NCBI GenBank assembly: GCA_021842405.1
Contig: JAKBZR010000001.1
Span: 18,865-82,864 of the forward strand
From: a bacterium
Lineage (GTDB): Bacteria; Armatimonadota; Chthonomonadetes; Chthonomonadales; JAMCWF01
DNA: 64,000 nt
Direction: 5' to 3'
In this document: positions 29,901 through 38,095 of the stretch, one piece after another
Numbering within the stretch: the stretch's first letter is position 1
Layout of the letters: every line of letters begins with the position of its first letter
The notes under the pieces: generated by a model
The model's input: the letters and a program-made list of their open reading frames with translations, nothing else
Databases searched by the model: none
Told to the model about the DNA's origin: nothing
Made by a program: the position numbers and the translations under genes

Positions 29901-30362
29901 ATGGCAAAGCTGGCTGACTGCGCTGAAAAACTGGGGCAGAACGATATTGCGCTCAGCGCCCATCAGAAATTATGCAAGGCAATGCCTCAATCATCGGCTC
30001 CGCGCGTCAACCTGGGACGGTTTTATGCAAAAAATGGAGATTTAGGAAATGCACTCGCCGCCTACGCAGAAGCAATTGGGCTCGAGAAAGATTCGGCGAA
30101 TGCCTATTTTAATATGGCCGATGCGCTCTACCAGCTCGGCCGATACCAGTTGGCGATTGATGTGCTTCAGACGGCGTTGAAATTGGAGCCAAGCCGAGCG
30201 GAGGGCTATTTCGTTTTGGGCAACTGTTATTTTCGCCTTGGAGCGAATCAAGCGGCAGCGGCGGCCTACCAAGTCGCGCTATCGTTTCGCGCGGAATACC
30301 CGGAGGCGCAGCACAATCTAAAGTTGGCTGTAGCCGGCGTTGCAAATTTAGAGGCGGCTTAA
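26919..30362 (+). CDS. giant GT4 - TPR - GT2 - TPR multidomain glycosyltransferase
   Basis: 1147 aa; GT4 motif YRGEGFGLPIAEAMASGLPVIVP; GT2 motifs ISLCMIVKNEE, VIIVDTGSTDDT, WLDADE; long TPR tracts; TTG start (GTG at 26931 is an alternative). Confidence 0.75.
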   Translation: MCEPVIPSKQVLKINWEGAFLARHSLALVNRELVLALLENDDLDIRINDVEPAALSPYSSPELRRLASRFGISHLVPDITVRHHWPPNLTLPNSGKLILIQPWEYGAYPKDWVSAVGSTVDQLWVPSNYTRESAIASGIAPERVVVVPNGVRTDIFHPDVTPISLPTSKHYKFLFIGGTIARKGIDLLLQAYQQAFSAQDDVTLVIKDFGAQTFYRGQTSSSQIQEAMSRQNGPEIVYLTDDLPEDSMPKLYASCDCLVHPYRGEGFGLPIAEAMASGLPVIVPDKGASRDFTDEHTAILVPSQKVDFDENRVGQIITSGNPYWYEVNVGELADRMRSIYENPAAYQETAIHGCRNTQANFTWRQAADKAAASLLTLFEAAAAKSERLRTWEVRKQEAIRLTRSGEWESAITLVQSLLDERPRDDDLLNAYGVALYRTGEREQALKLFKRNAEISAFPRDFLHNLAFLQCEMGDWNNALQNAIKAYQISPENEDVGNTLRRAMRGAIADTRNARRTHKRIEYKTNSVKSDTVRTDLIRRARQLLQNGRASINENGEGIKDLHHAKPRISLCMIVKNEEQFLAGCLDSVAGAVDEVIIVDTGSTDDTIAIAERYGAKIHHFKWIDDFAAARNVSLQHATGDWILWLDADERLMSDSAHTVRELVSSVSEKQGGYVCRIRNRINSSNVERSGDYVWHSACRLFRCHPAIRFEQRIHEQNMRTIVAAGFSWAECGIEIDHLGYTTEVMTDRNKRERFINMLTREIEEGVDPEFRGFQLFNLGNTYFVVGEYEKAIPYFEQSADHISLNNEYAALLFSEWASALYFVNQIEEALKVCDRADAVGIRHPEIRFQRGHIYLAKGDTLQAEFAFRTAIEMGMEPNAHFAGDEGSWRHKAHYGLAMVALCRCDYQSVVDYSSEALALKSDFNDALMSRSQALNCLGRKEEAIDDLSRVLVSNPSYLTAHRDLGFILMDIGRSSEALPHLHEVLKWGEPDIEVMAKLADCAEKLGQNDIALSAHQKLCKAMPQSSAPRVNLGRFYAKNGDLGNALAAYAEAIGLEKDSANAYFNMADALYQLGRYQLAIDVLQTALKLEPSRAEGYFVLGNCYFRLGANQAAAAAYQVALSFRAEYPEAQHNLKLAVAGVANLEAA

Positions 30363-30396
30363 TGCTAATTAGGATGGAAAATATACGCGGTTACCC

Positions 30397-30424
30397 TAAA
30401 GCAATTCTCACGGCATACCGATAA
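30397..30424 (+). promoter_or_regulatory. sigma28 (FliA)-like promoter upstream of flagellin
   Basis: TAAA (30397-30400), 16 nt, ACCGATAA (30417-30424) versus consensus TAAA-N15-GCCGATAA; about 140 nt upstream of fliC. Confidence 0.5.
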
Positions 30425-30565
30425 TCGTTGTGAACACAATTTGGGTGTGCGCCGATCCAAAAAATCTGTAGCTGCACGGCGCAGTCTCAGCGGGATGCTG
30501 GGACGTATGCGAGCGTAAGCGACGGGTGATCCGTCCTTATTGCACGATTTCAAGGAGGAGTATAG

Positions 30566-32032
30566 ATGAGTTTAGCCATCAACACAAATGTCTCGGCGCT
30601 GACGGCGTTGTACAATTTGAACCAAACCGAGCCAGCGCTGCAGACCGCGATCCAACGACTCTCTTCCGGCTTGCGAATTAACTCCGCGGCCGACGACCCG
30701 GCAGGCCTCATCATTTCGGACCACCTGCAATCCCAAATCGGCGGCCTTAATCAGGCGATCAACAATGCGCAAAACGGAGCGAACTTGATCAAGACGGCGG
30801 AGGCGGCGCTCGGCCAGGTCAGCTCGTTGCTGGACAGCATCAACCAGCTTGCGGTGAACGCGGCCAACACCGGCGTCAACGACACCAACATGGTGCAGGC
30901 CGACCAGTCTCAGATTCAATCGGCCATCCAGAGTATCGATTCAATCGCAACACAAACTCAGTTTGCGGACAAGAACCTGTTGGATGGGACTTCCGGCGTT
31001 ACTTCCAACGTGACGAATACGGCCGATATCGCCGGCATCAGCATCGGCAGCGCCTTTGACGGATACCAGACGGCGAGTGGAAACGTCACGATGACGGTAA
31101 CGACCGCCGCTGCGCGGGCTTCGGCCAACGGCTCCTCGGCGGTGGTAAGTTATGGATCGCTCTCCTCAACCATCGGCACGAGTGGAACGATTGTCATTAA
31201 CGGGGCATCCATCGCGGTTTCCTCAACTGACACGGTCCAAAGCTTGCTGGACAAGATCAACGCGGTGACGCAGCAAACCGGTGTTACCGCAAACTACGAT
31301 TCAACCAATCAAGTGATTGATCTAGCGCAATCAAACTACGGCGCCAACTTCAAAATCGTGGAGTCGGAGAGCGGCACATTCATTTTCGGCACTGCGGGAA
31401 CGTCGGTAGTGGGGACCAATGCCGTTGTCAGCGCTTCGGCTCAGGCCATGGTCAACGGCACTGCAACCACTGAAACCGTGACCTTTACCGGCGGCGTCAA
31501 TTCCACCGATTCCGGATTGTTGGTGAAAGACAGCGCCGGCAACTCGATCCTGTTGACCGAGGTAGGCAATTCAACATCTACCTCCAACGCGACCGTCGGA
31601 TCGGTCACAACCGGCAGCGTTCAGTTCCAGGTTGGAGCCAACTCGGGCCAAACGGTGAACATCTCGTTGGGGAATGTGCAGACCAATCAGCTTGGCACCA
31701 CCGCAGTAGCCGGCTTGAACCTGCGGACGATCAACGTTACGACTGCCCAAGGAGCCAGCGATGCGATGCAAGTGGTGCAACAGGCGCTCACGCAAGTTGA
31801 TACGCTTCGGGCGAAAATGGGGGCATTCGAGACCGATATTCTCAACAGCAATGTTCAGTCACTGGGTATTGCGGTTCAGAACTTGTCGGCATCGGAGTCG
31901 CAGATCCGCGATGCCAATATTCCGCAGGAGGTCATGAATATGACGAAGTACAGCATCCTGCAGCAATCCGGCATTTCGGTGCTTGCTCAAGCGAACAGCT
32001 TGCCGCAGGCATTGCTCAAACTGTTGCCCTAA
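30566..32032 (+). CDS. fliC: flagellin
   Basis: 488 aa; N-terminal MSLAINTNVSALTA...RLSSGLRINSAADDPAG and conserved C-terminal helix ...SILQQSGISVLAQANSLPQALLKLL; Ser/Thr-rich centre. Confidence 0.95.
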   Translation: MSLAINTNVSALTALYNLNQTEPALQTAIQRLSSGLRINSAADDPAGLIISDHLQSQIGGLNQAINNAQNGANLIKTAEAALGQVSSLLDSINQLAVNAANTGVNDTNMVQADQSQIQSAIQSIDSIATQTQFADKNLLDGTSGVTSNVTNTADIAGISIGSAFDGYQTASGNVTMTVTTAAARASANGSSAVVSYGSLSSTIGTSGTIVINGASIAVSSTDTVQSLLDKINAVTQQTGVTANYDSTNQVIDLAQSNYGANFKIVESESGTFIFGTAGTSVVGTNAVVSASAQAMVNGTATTETVTFTGGVNSTDSGLLVKDSAGNSILLTEVGNSTSTSNATVGSVTTGSVQFQVGANSGQTVNISLGNVQTNQLGTTAVAGLNLRTINVTTAQGASDAMQVVQQALTQVDTLRAKMGAFETDILNSNVQSLGIAVQNLSASESQIRDANIPQEVMNMTKYSILQQSGISVLAQANSLPQALLKLLP

Positions 32033-32059
32033 GCAAAATCGAAGCTCGCAGGGTAATTC

Positions 32060-32095
32060 GGCAGGCTCCATTCTATTCGGTAGGGGGAGCCTGCC
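32060..32095 (+). terminator. strong hairpin between fliC and fliD (no U-tract)
   Basis: GGCAGGCTCC (32060-32069) pairs with GGAGCCTGCC (32086-32095), 16-nt loop, 28 nt after the fliC stop. Confidence 0.35.
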
Positions 32096-32151
32096 ACATC
32101 AACACGAGGCGGCATTCAGCGGTTAATTGGATCAAGTGAAAGGAGTGAATT

Positions 32152-34479
32152 ATGGCAGGAAGCGGCATCACCTTTACCGGATTGAGCAGCGGGATTAACT
32201 GGCAATCCATCATTCAACAGATGCTGACGATGGCTCGCGCTCCGGAGAAGGTCTATCAACAGCAAGAACAAACCCTCATCAATGAGCAGACCGCGCTGGG
32301 GAAGTTTCAGGCCAGCTTGACCGGCCTTCAATCGGCCGCCAATTCACTCAACCAGCAAAATGCCTTCAATTTGGTGACGGCGAGCAGCAGCAACACTTCC
32401 ACCGCCACCGTATCCGCCAATGCAGGTGCTCAAACCGGAACTCACACCCTCGTGGTGAATCAACTTGCACAGGCGCAAAAACTGGGGTCCATCGCTCAAT
32501 CCAGCCAAACTAATCCGCTTGGCGTGAGCGGGCAAATCGTAATAAACGGCCATGCGATCACGGTGCAAAGCTCCGATACGCTGCAGACTCTGGCCGCAAA
32601 CATTAACAACGCCAATGCGGGCGTGACCGCCTCCATTATCGAAACCGCACCTAACTCCTACAATCTGATATTAACCGCCAACAACTCTGGAACGGCAAAC
32701 GAGATCAGCCTCTCCGATGTAGGGTCAGGAACCATTTTGCAGAGCACGCTCGGATTGATCGGCAGCGCCGAAGCGGTTGCAAACCCGATTACGAATGGCG
32801 CTGGATCGGCCCTCTTCAGTGACAGCTCCACCAGCATCGGCACCTTACTGGGGATGACATCGCCCACTTCAGGCACCATTCAGATCAACGGAACGAGCGT
32901 CTCCATTGATTTTTCGACCGATTCATTGACCAGCATCGCCAATAAAATCAACTCGGCCGGCATATCGGGAGTCAGCGCCGCCGTCATTGCGGTGACGAAT
33001 CCCACGACCGGTGCAGCCGAGCAGCAGCTTCAGATTACCGGCAGCACCACGCCGACCTTCACCGATTCCAATAATATTTTGGCGAATTTAGGGATACTGC
33101 AAAACAGCGTCAGCAGCTCGCAGCTTCAGGCGGCGCAAGATGCTAACTTCACATTGGATAATTTATCCATTACCCGAAGCAGCAATACTGTGACCGACGT
33201 CATTCCAAACGTTACCCTAAGCCTGTTATCGGGTGGGGGCGCAACGTCAAACATAACGGTCAATCCCGATACGAGCACCATGCAGCAAAATATCACCGGT
33301 TATGTGAATGCCTTTAACTCGATGGTGGATACCTTGCAATCGCAGGCGAACTATGATCCCACCACCAATGTAACGGGGCCGCTGTTTGGCGAAAGCACGA
33401 CCCAAAATGTACTCAATGAGCTGGTGAACCAGGCCACGTCCAGCGTTTCGGGGTTGCCCTCCACTTTGAGTACTTTAAGCCAGATCGGTATAACATTAGA
33501 TCAGAACGACCATCTGGTGGTTAACAGCGCGACGCTTTCCAATGCGCTGACGACCAATCCCAATGGCGTGGCAGCCCTGTTTCAGGCAACTGGTACCACC
33601 ACCGATTCGGCAATCACTTACGTGTATAGCACCAATAAAACACAGGACTCAGGCTCAGCGGGTTATGCCATCAATATCACCCAGCCGGCCACCCAAGCGA
33701 CCGCATCCGCCACCGTCGCCCAAACGAGCGCCAATTCCAGTCAAGAGACATTGACGTTCAGCGGAACCTTAATCGGCTCAAATCCCTATTCGATCACGTT
33801 GAATTCAACCAATACGCTGTCCGATACGGTTGCGCAGATCAATGCGGACCCAACATTATCGCCTCTGTTGACCGCCTCCATTGTAAGCGGTGAGCTGAGC
33901 CTGCAATCGAAGGCGTATGGATCGAGCGGAGATTTCACGGTCGTTTCAAGCCAAGCCGCCGCCTCCAACAACTCCGGCATCGGCACCACACCGATCAATG
34001 CAACCGGATTGGATGTAGCGGGCACTATCAATGGGGAGGCGGCAACCGGCAACGGCCAGTACCTGACCGGCAATTCAGGAAACGCAACCACCGATGGTCT
34101 TGAGATCAAGGTCAATACTACTGTGGCGGGATCGCATGGATCCATCGTATTCAGTCAGGGTGTGGCCGATCAAATGACCAACTTTATCAGCAGCGCCACC
34201 GATCCGCTATCCGGCTCGTTGACCGAGCTCAACAATTCATTAAATACGCAAGTCCAAGACATACAAAATACGATCCAAGATATTGAAAAACAGGTAGCGG
34301 CTGAAGCAACCATGTTACAGCAGGAGTTTGCCGCAATGGAGATGTCGGTTGCACAGCTTCAGCAAGCAGGAGCCAGCCTATCCTCATTGACCGGGCTGAG
34401 CTCGTCGAGCAGCTCCAGCGGCAGTGGGAGCTCGACCGGATCTTCGCCTTCATCATCGAGCTCGACCAGTGGTGGTTAA
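32152..34479 (+). CDS. fliD: flagellar filament capping protein
   Basis: 775 aa; FliD N-terminus GITFTGLSSGINWQSIIQQM; poly-Ser C-terminal tail. Confidence 0.9.
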   Translation: MAGSGITFTGLSSGINWQSIIQQMLTMARAPEKVYQQQEQTLINEQTALGKFQASLTGLQSAANSLNQQNAFNLVTASSSNTSTATVSANAGAQTGTHTLVVNQLAQAQKLGSIAQSSQTNPLGVSGQIVINGHAITVQSSDTLQTLAANINNANAGVTASIIETAPNSYNLILTANNSGTANEISLSDVGSGTILQSTLGLIGSAEAVANPITNGAGSALFSDSSTSIGTLLGMTSPTSGTIQINGTSVSIDFSTDSLTSIANKINSAGISGVSAAVIAVTNPTTGAAEQQLQITGSTTPTFTDSNNILANLGILQNSVSSSQLQAAQDANFTLDNLSITRSSNTVTDVIPNVTLSLLSGGGATSNITVNPDTSTMQQNITGYVNAFNSMVDTLQSQANYDPTTNVTGPLFGESTTQNVLNELVNQATSSVSGLPSTLSTLSQIGITLDQNDHLVVNSATLSNALTTNPNGVAALFQATGTTTDSAITYVYSTNKTQDSGSAGYAINITQPATQATASATVAQTSANSSQETLTFSGTLIGSNPYSITLNSTNTLSDTVAQINADPTLSPLLTASIVSGELSLQSKAYGSSGDFTVVSSQAAASNNSGIGTTPINATGLDVAGTINGEAATGNGQYLTGNSGNATTDGLEIKVNTTVAGSHGSIVFSQGVADQMTNFISSATDPLSGSLTELNNSLNTQVQDIQNTIQDIEKQVAAEATMLQQEFAAMEMSVAQLQQAGASLSSLTGLSSSSSSSGSGSSTGSSPSSSSSTSGG

Positions 34480-34525
34480 TCAGGGGATGAGCTGGTCTGC
34501 GATCATATAAGCGTTTGGAAAGGAT

Positions 34526-34960
34526 GTGCGTTTCTCTATGGCAGTTTCTCCGCCGAAAGCCGGATACCGGGCTTACTTGCGCCAGCAGGTTGAGGCAGCA
34601 ACTCCGTTAAGGCGCGTTTTGATGCTGTATGATGGGGCGCTCCGATTCATCTCAGTGGGGCGCCGCTGCATCGAGGAGAAGAGCTACGAAAAGCAAAACG
34701 AAGCCATCCAAAGAGCACAGGCGATAATCTTTGAGCTAATCTCCTCGCTCAACCAAGAGATTAGCGGTGAGATTAGCGGCAATTTGCTCACCATCTACAC
34801 CTATATGTTGCGCCAACTCATCGAGGCGAATATCAAAGATGATCCGACAAAGCTGGACGAGGTAACAAGAATGCTATCCGAACTGCGGGCAACTTGGGCT
34901 GAATTGGAAAAGGGAATGGATTCGGCGATTGTAAAAGGGGCGGGCGAGCATGAATCCTGA
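34526..34960 (+). CDS. fliS: flagellar export chaperone FliS
   Basis: 144 aa; YLRQQVEAATPLRRVLMLYDGALRFI typical FliS core; start may be the ATG at 34538. Confidence 0.85.
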   Translation: MRFSMAVSPPKAGYRAYLRQQVEAATPLRRVLMLYDGALRFISVGRRCIEEKSYEKQNEAIQRAQAIIFELISSLNQEISGEISGNLLTIYTYMLRQLIEANIKDDPTKLDEVTRMLSELRATWAELEKGMDSAIVKGAGEHES

Positions 34961-35282
34961 GCAGGCGCTGACGCGACTGGAACAACTGGCAAAAGAGCAT
35001 CTGGCCGCTCTGAATCGGAGGGATATCGGTCTGGTGCTACGGATCTGCAAGCTGTACCAGCCGACTCTCTTTTTCTTACGCTCGGCGCCCTTAGCCGATA
35101 ATCCGGAAAATCGAAAGCGTATGATGGCCGTCCAGCATATGCTGGACGAGTGTGAGGTGCGGTCACAAATCGAGCTAGGTCGCATAACTCAGAAGCTCAA
35201 GAAAAGTGCGCTCGGCCGTCGCCAACGATCCGCTTATAAAGCCGTGGCTGCTCCTCAATCGTTTATGGATGCATCCTATTGA
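34950..35282 (+). CDS. hypothetical protein in the FliT position
   Basis: 110 aa; start overlaps the fliS stop by 11 nt; call is positional only (fliD-fliS-fliT order as in Bacillus). Confidence 0.4.
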   Translation: MNPEQALTRLEQLAKEHLAALNRRDIGLVLRICKLYQPTLFFLRSAPLADNPENRKRMMAVQHMLDECEVRSQIELGRITQKLKKSALGRRQRSAYKAVAAPQSFMDASY

Positions 35283-35326
35283 TCGCTGTTATGGCCGAAG
35301 AATTTCTTTTCCGGCAAAGCCCAAGA

Positions 35327-35672
35327 AAGCATGTTGGAAAATACTTTAGCACGCATTGGGTCATCATTCCGGGCAAGAAAAGTGGGTAAGAGTTCATTTC
35401 CCTGGGAATGATTTATAGCAGCATTGGTCGCCCCCCACCCCAACCCTCCCCCACGAGGGGGGAGGGAGTTGATAATCGCGGTAGGGGTAAGAGCTTGCTA
35501 CCTAAATTACCCAGAGAACTAACTCATTCAAAAGTGGGACACGGAATCCAGGAAATCAGCATCCCAGACTACCCATAGGCTAGGGACTGGATTCCCGCCA
35601 TCCACTCCACTGGAGTGGAGCCATGCGGGAATGACGTAATGGTAGGCGCTCCTGTGATTTTTTCAATAACCC
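35327..35672. mobile_element. type-2 element carrying a nested type-1 insertion
   Basis: aligns with 26693-26889 on both sides of the 35387-35529 insert. Confidence 0.65.
35387..35529. mobile_element. type-1 MITE-like element (143 bp) flanked by a 9-bp direct repeat
   Basis: aaaagtggg at 35378-35386 and 35530-35538; termini taagagttcatttccctgggaat / (rc) gaatgagttagttctctgggtaat; central hairpin ccctccccc-acg-aggggggaggg. Confidence 0.75.
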
Positions 35673-35939
35673 CGTAGGAGCATGTACCGACGTAGGAATG
35701 AACCGACCGCCGGATAAAAAATCACCGAACATAACGGATTCGGGACCTGCTGAATTAATAATTCTTATTGACGGCCGGTTATTCCAACCACCACCATCAA
35801 AGTCCGCCCAGCATAGCGATGTGCCCAGGGCGAGTGGCCGCCCGAGATGGTCTATCTTCGATAATTTCTATGTGATAAATAACCCTCATGGCAGGAATAC
35901 TGTAAGTAGGAGTAACAGTCATCCAAGGAGGGGACCTGA

Positions 35940-36365
35940 TTGAAACTGGCAAAAGAGAGTTGGATATTGGTCGTTATATCTATAGCCGACCTGATCATCA
36001 CTTTAGTTTTATTGACGAAGGGAGCTGTTGAAGCAAACCCCTGGATGAAAAGCTATTTGATTATGGGGGTCGGATACTTTATACTGGTAAAAGTGATGTT
36101 TGTGGTGGGGCCGATTGCAATATTGGAATGGGCAAGGCGCCATCGTCCGCAATTTGTCAAACAGATGTCCCGGTTGGCCATCGCGGCCTACCTGACATCC
36201 TATTTCTCCTTTATGGTGCGATACAATGTGATACCACTCAACCGATCATCGGTGCCGTCAAGCCAGATCGCTGCGATTCTCTCGATGGGCAATCAATCTT
36301 CCTCTAAAATGAACATTGAATCTTCCAGCTCGATCTGGGTACGCCGGTATTGGGGAAATCGGTGA
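35940..36365 (+). CDS. DUF5658-like small membrane protein
   Basis: 141 aa; TM helices and EANPWM motif; AAGGAGGGG SD before the TTG start. Confidence 0.5.
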   Translation: MKLAKESWILVVISIADLIITLVLLTKGAVEANPWMKSYLIMGVGYFILVKVMFVVGPIAILEWARRHRPQFVKQMSRLAIAAYLTSYFSFMVRYNVIPLNRSSVPSSQIAAILSMGNQSSSKMNIESSSSIWVRRYWGNR

Positions 36366-36440
36366 CGAATTAAAAGGCAGAGTGTCAGGTGGCGATGACC
36401 GATCGTTTTCAATAGGATAGGTTGATCGTATAGGATGGTA

Positions 36441-37133
36441 TTAGCAGTCGGGGTGACTCATGCGCGTTGTTCCGGCCGTTTTGCCAATCCGGATGCTTCG
36501 AGACCACTCTCTCAGTCGCTCCATAATTCCATCAGCCCACAGATCAATCGCCTCGTAAGTGAACCAGAGCAAAAGGGCAAAGATAACTATTGCTACAGTA
36601 AGCGAGGTATTTTGCGGAATTCTGGCGATCGCTTGAAAAATCGGCCTTGGGTTGGTGATGACCTCCCAGGAATTAAATCGCAAAATGAGACCGAGGTACA
36701 CTCCGATCGAAACCACCAGAAAAAAGGGGTAGGCCAGTACGGGAAACGTCCAGCCCACGATTCGGCACGCTCGCTCGATCGGCCGAATTGCAAGCGTGAA
36801 GCAGAGCAGCCCCATTCCGCTGTAAATGAGATAAAAGAGTGCTGAGGTGCTCAGCTTGAATAGTGCGGCATGATCTGAATTCACGTGCTGATACGTCGGG
36901 CTGTGGGTTATCCGGCTGAGGTAGTGGCGCCATTCGGTCAACAGATAGCAAGAGTTGGGCAGAAAGGCAAGCCAAGTCAGTGTAATGATGATGAGCAACG
37001 GCAAAATCCGAATCCTTTTGCCGGCGGGCGTTATCTGAATAAGCCCCCAAATCGTATAGCCGAGGCCGACCGGAATGAGCGCTAAAAAAAGATTCCACAT
37101 CACCCAGATGGGTGGGCGAGAATACAGGATCAT
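36441..37133 (-). CDS. DUF1361-like polytopic membrane protein
   Basis: 230 aa; multiple TM helices; WNLFLALIP N-terminal motif; overlaps the upstream GT2 gene by 4 nt. Confidence 0.5.
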   Translation of the reverse strand: MILYSRPPIWVMWNLFLALIPVGLGYTIWGLIQITPAGKRIRILPLLIIITLTWLAFLPNSCYLLTEWRHYLSRITHSPTYQHVNSDHAALFKLSTSALFYLIYSGMGLLCFTLAIRPIERACRIVGWTFPVLAYPFFLVVSIGVYLGLILRFNSWEVITNPRPIFQAIARIPQNTSLTVAIVIFALLLWFTYEAIDLWADGIMERLREWSRSIRIGKTAGTTRMSHPDC

Positions 37134-38035
37134 TGAACGTTAATTGACCTACCACCGGTAAGGATTCGTTTCAAATGGGAGCCGATATGCCGGGCTTCAC
37201 TTTTTAAGGTGCCGAGCCAGGAGAGCGGACCGATAATCAGCTTTGTGAGAAGGCTGCCGTTCTTCCGATAGTATAGCCGTTGACTTCGATAAAATTGCCT
37301 CGCCATCTCACGGCTCCGTTGCCTCACGCTGCCCATCCACTGGTGGATGACTACCGCCTCCGGAATTAAATATACCTTCCATCCGGCCCGTATCATCCTG
37401 CGGCACCAATCCACCTCCTCGTAAAACATGAAAAAATCCTCATCCAAAAGACCGATTTGCTGAATGGCGGTTCGGCGTACCATTATGCAAGCGCCGGAGA
37501 CCTGCTCCACTTCGATCACATCCGGTAAATGTCCCTCCATAGTCTTGTGGTCAGACCCCTCAACTAAAAGAGGTGCCGGGATCGGCTTTTTGCGAATACC
37601 GAGCAACCGCCTTATCTCGGTCCCGATATTGGGGAGCGGCCCACCGTTTCCCTGCCGCGATCCATTGGGAAAGATGAGCGACGGCCCAGCGGCGCCTGCT
37701 TCCGGATAGTGGTTAAGCCGGTCCACCATACAACTTAACGATTCTGGAAGCGGCTTGGTGTCCGGATTCAGAAGCACGATGAACCGTCCCTCCGCGTGCT
37801 CAATGGCCTGATTGCAAGCTCGGCTGAAGCCGAGATTGGCGCTGTTTTTAATCAATTGAACGGTAGGAAAATATTGAGAGACCATTTCAGCGCTGCCATC
37901 TTGGGAATCGTTATCCACTACGATCGCGGTGGAAGATAATCCTTCGGCGGCGGTCGAGAGGGACCGCAAGCACTCCCGCAATGAATCGCGCGTGTTAAAA
38001 CTGACGATAATGATCGTGAGGTCGGTGGTGGCCAT
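37130..38035 (-). CDS. glycosyltransferase family 2
   Basis: 301 aa; IIIVSFNTRDSL, VVDNDSQDGS and ACIMVRR motifs. Confidence 0.85.
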   Translation of the reverse strand: MATTDLTIIIVSFNTRDSLRECLRSLSTAAEGLSSTAIVVDNDSQDGSAEMVSQYFPTVQLIKNSANLGFSRACNQAIEHAEGRFIVLLNPDTKPLPESLSCMVDRLNHYPEAGAAGPSLIFPNGSRQGNGGPLPNIGTEIRRLLGIRKKPIPAPLLVEGSDHKTMEGHLPDVIEVEQVSGACIMVRRTAIQQIGLLDEDFFMFYEEVDWCRRMIRAGWKVYLIPEAVVIHQWMGSVRQRSREMARQFYRSQRLYYRKNGSLLTKLIIGPLSWLGTLKSEARHIGSHLKRILTGGRSINVQ

Positions 38036-38095
38036 ACAATTACGCGCTCTTCACCAGCCGGAGTCTGAATTTGAAACTGACTTCGTTTCCACCGC

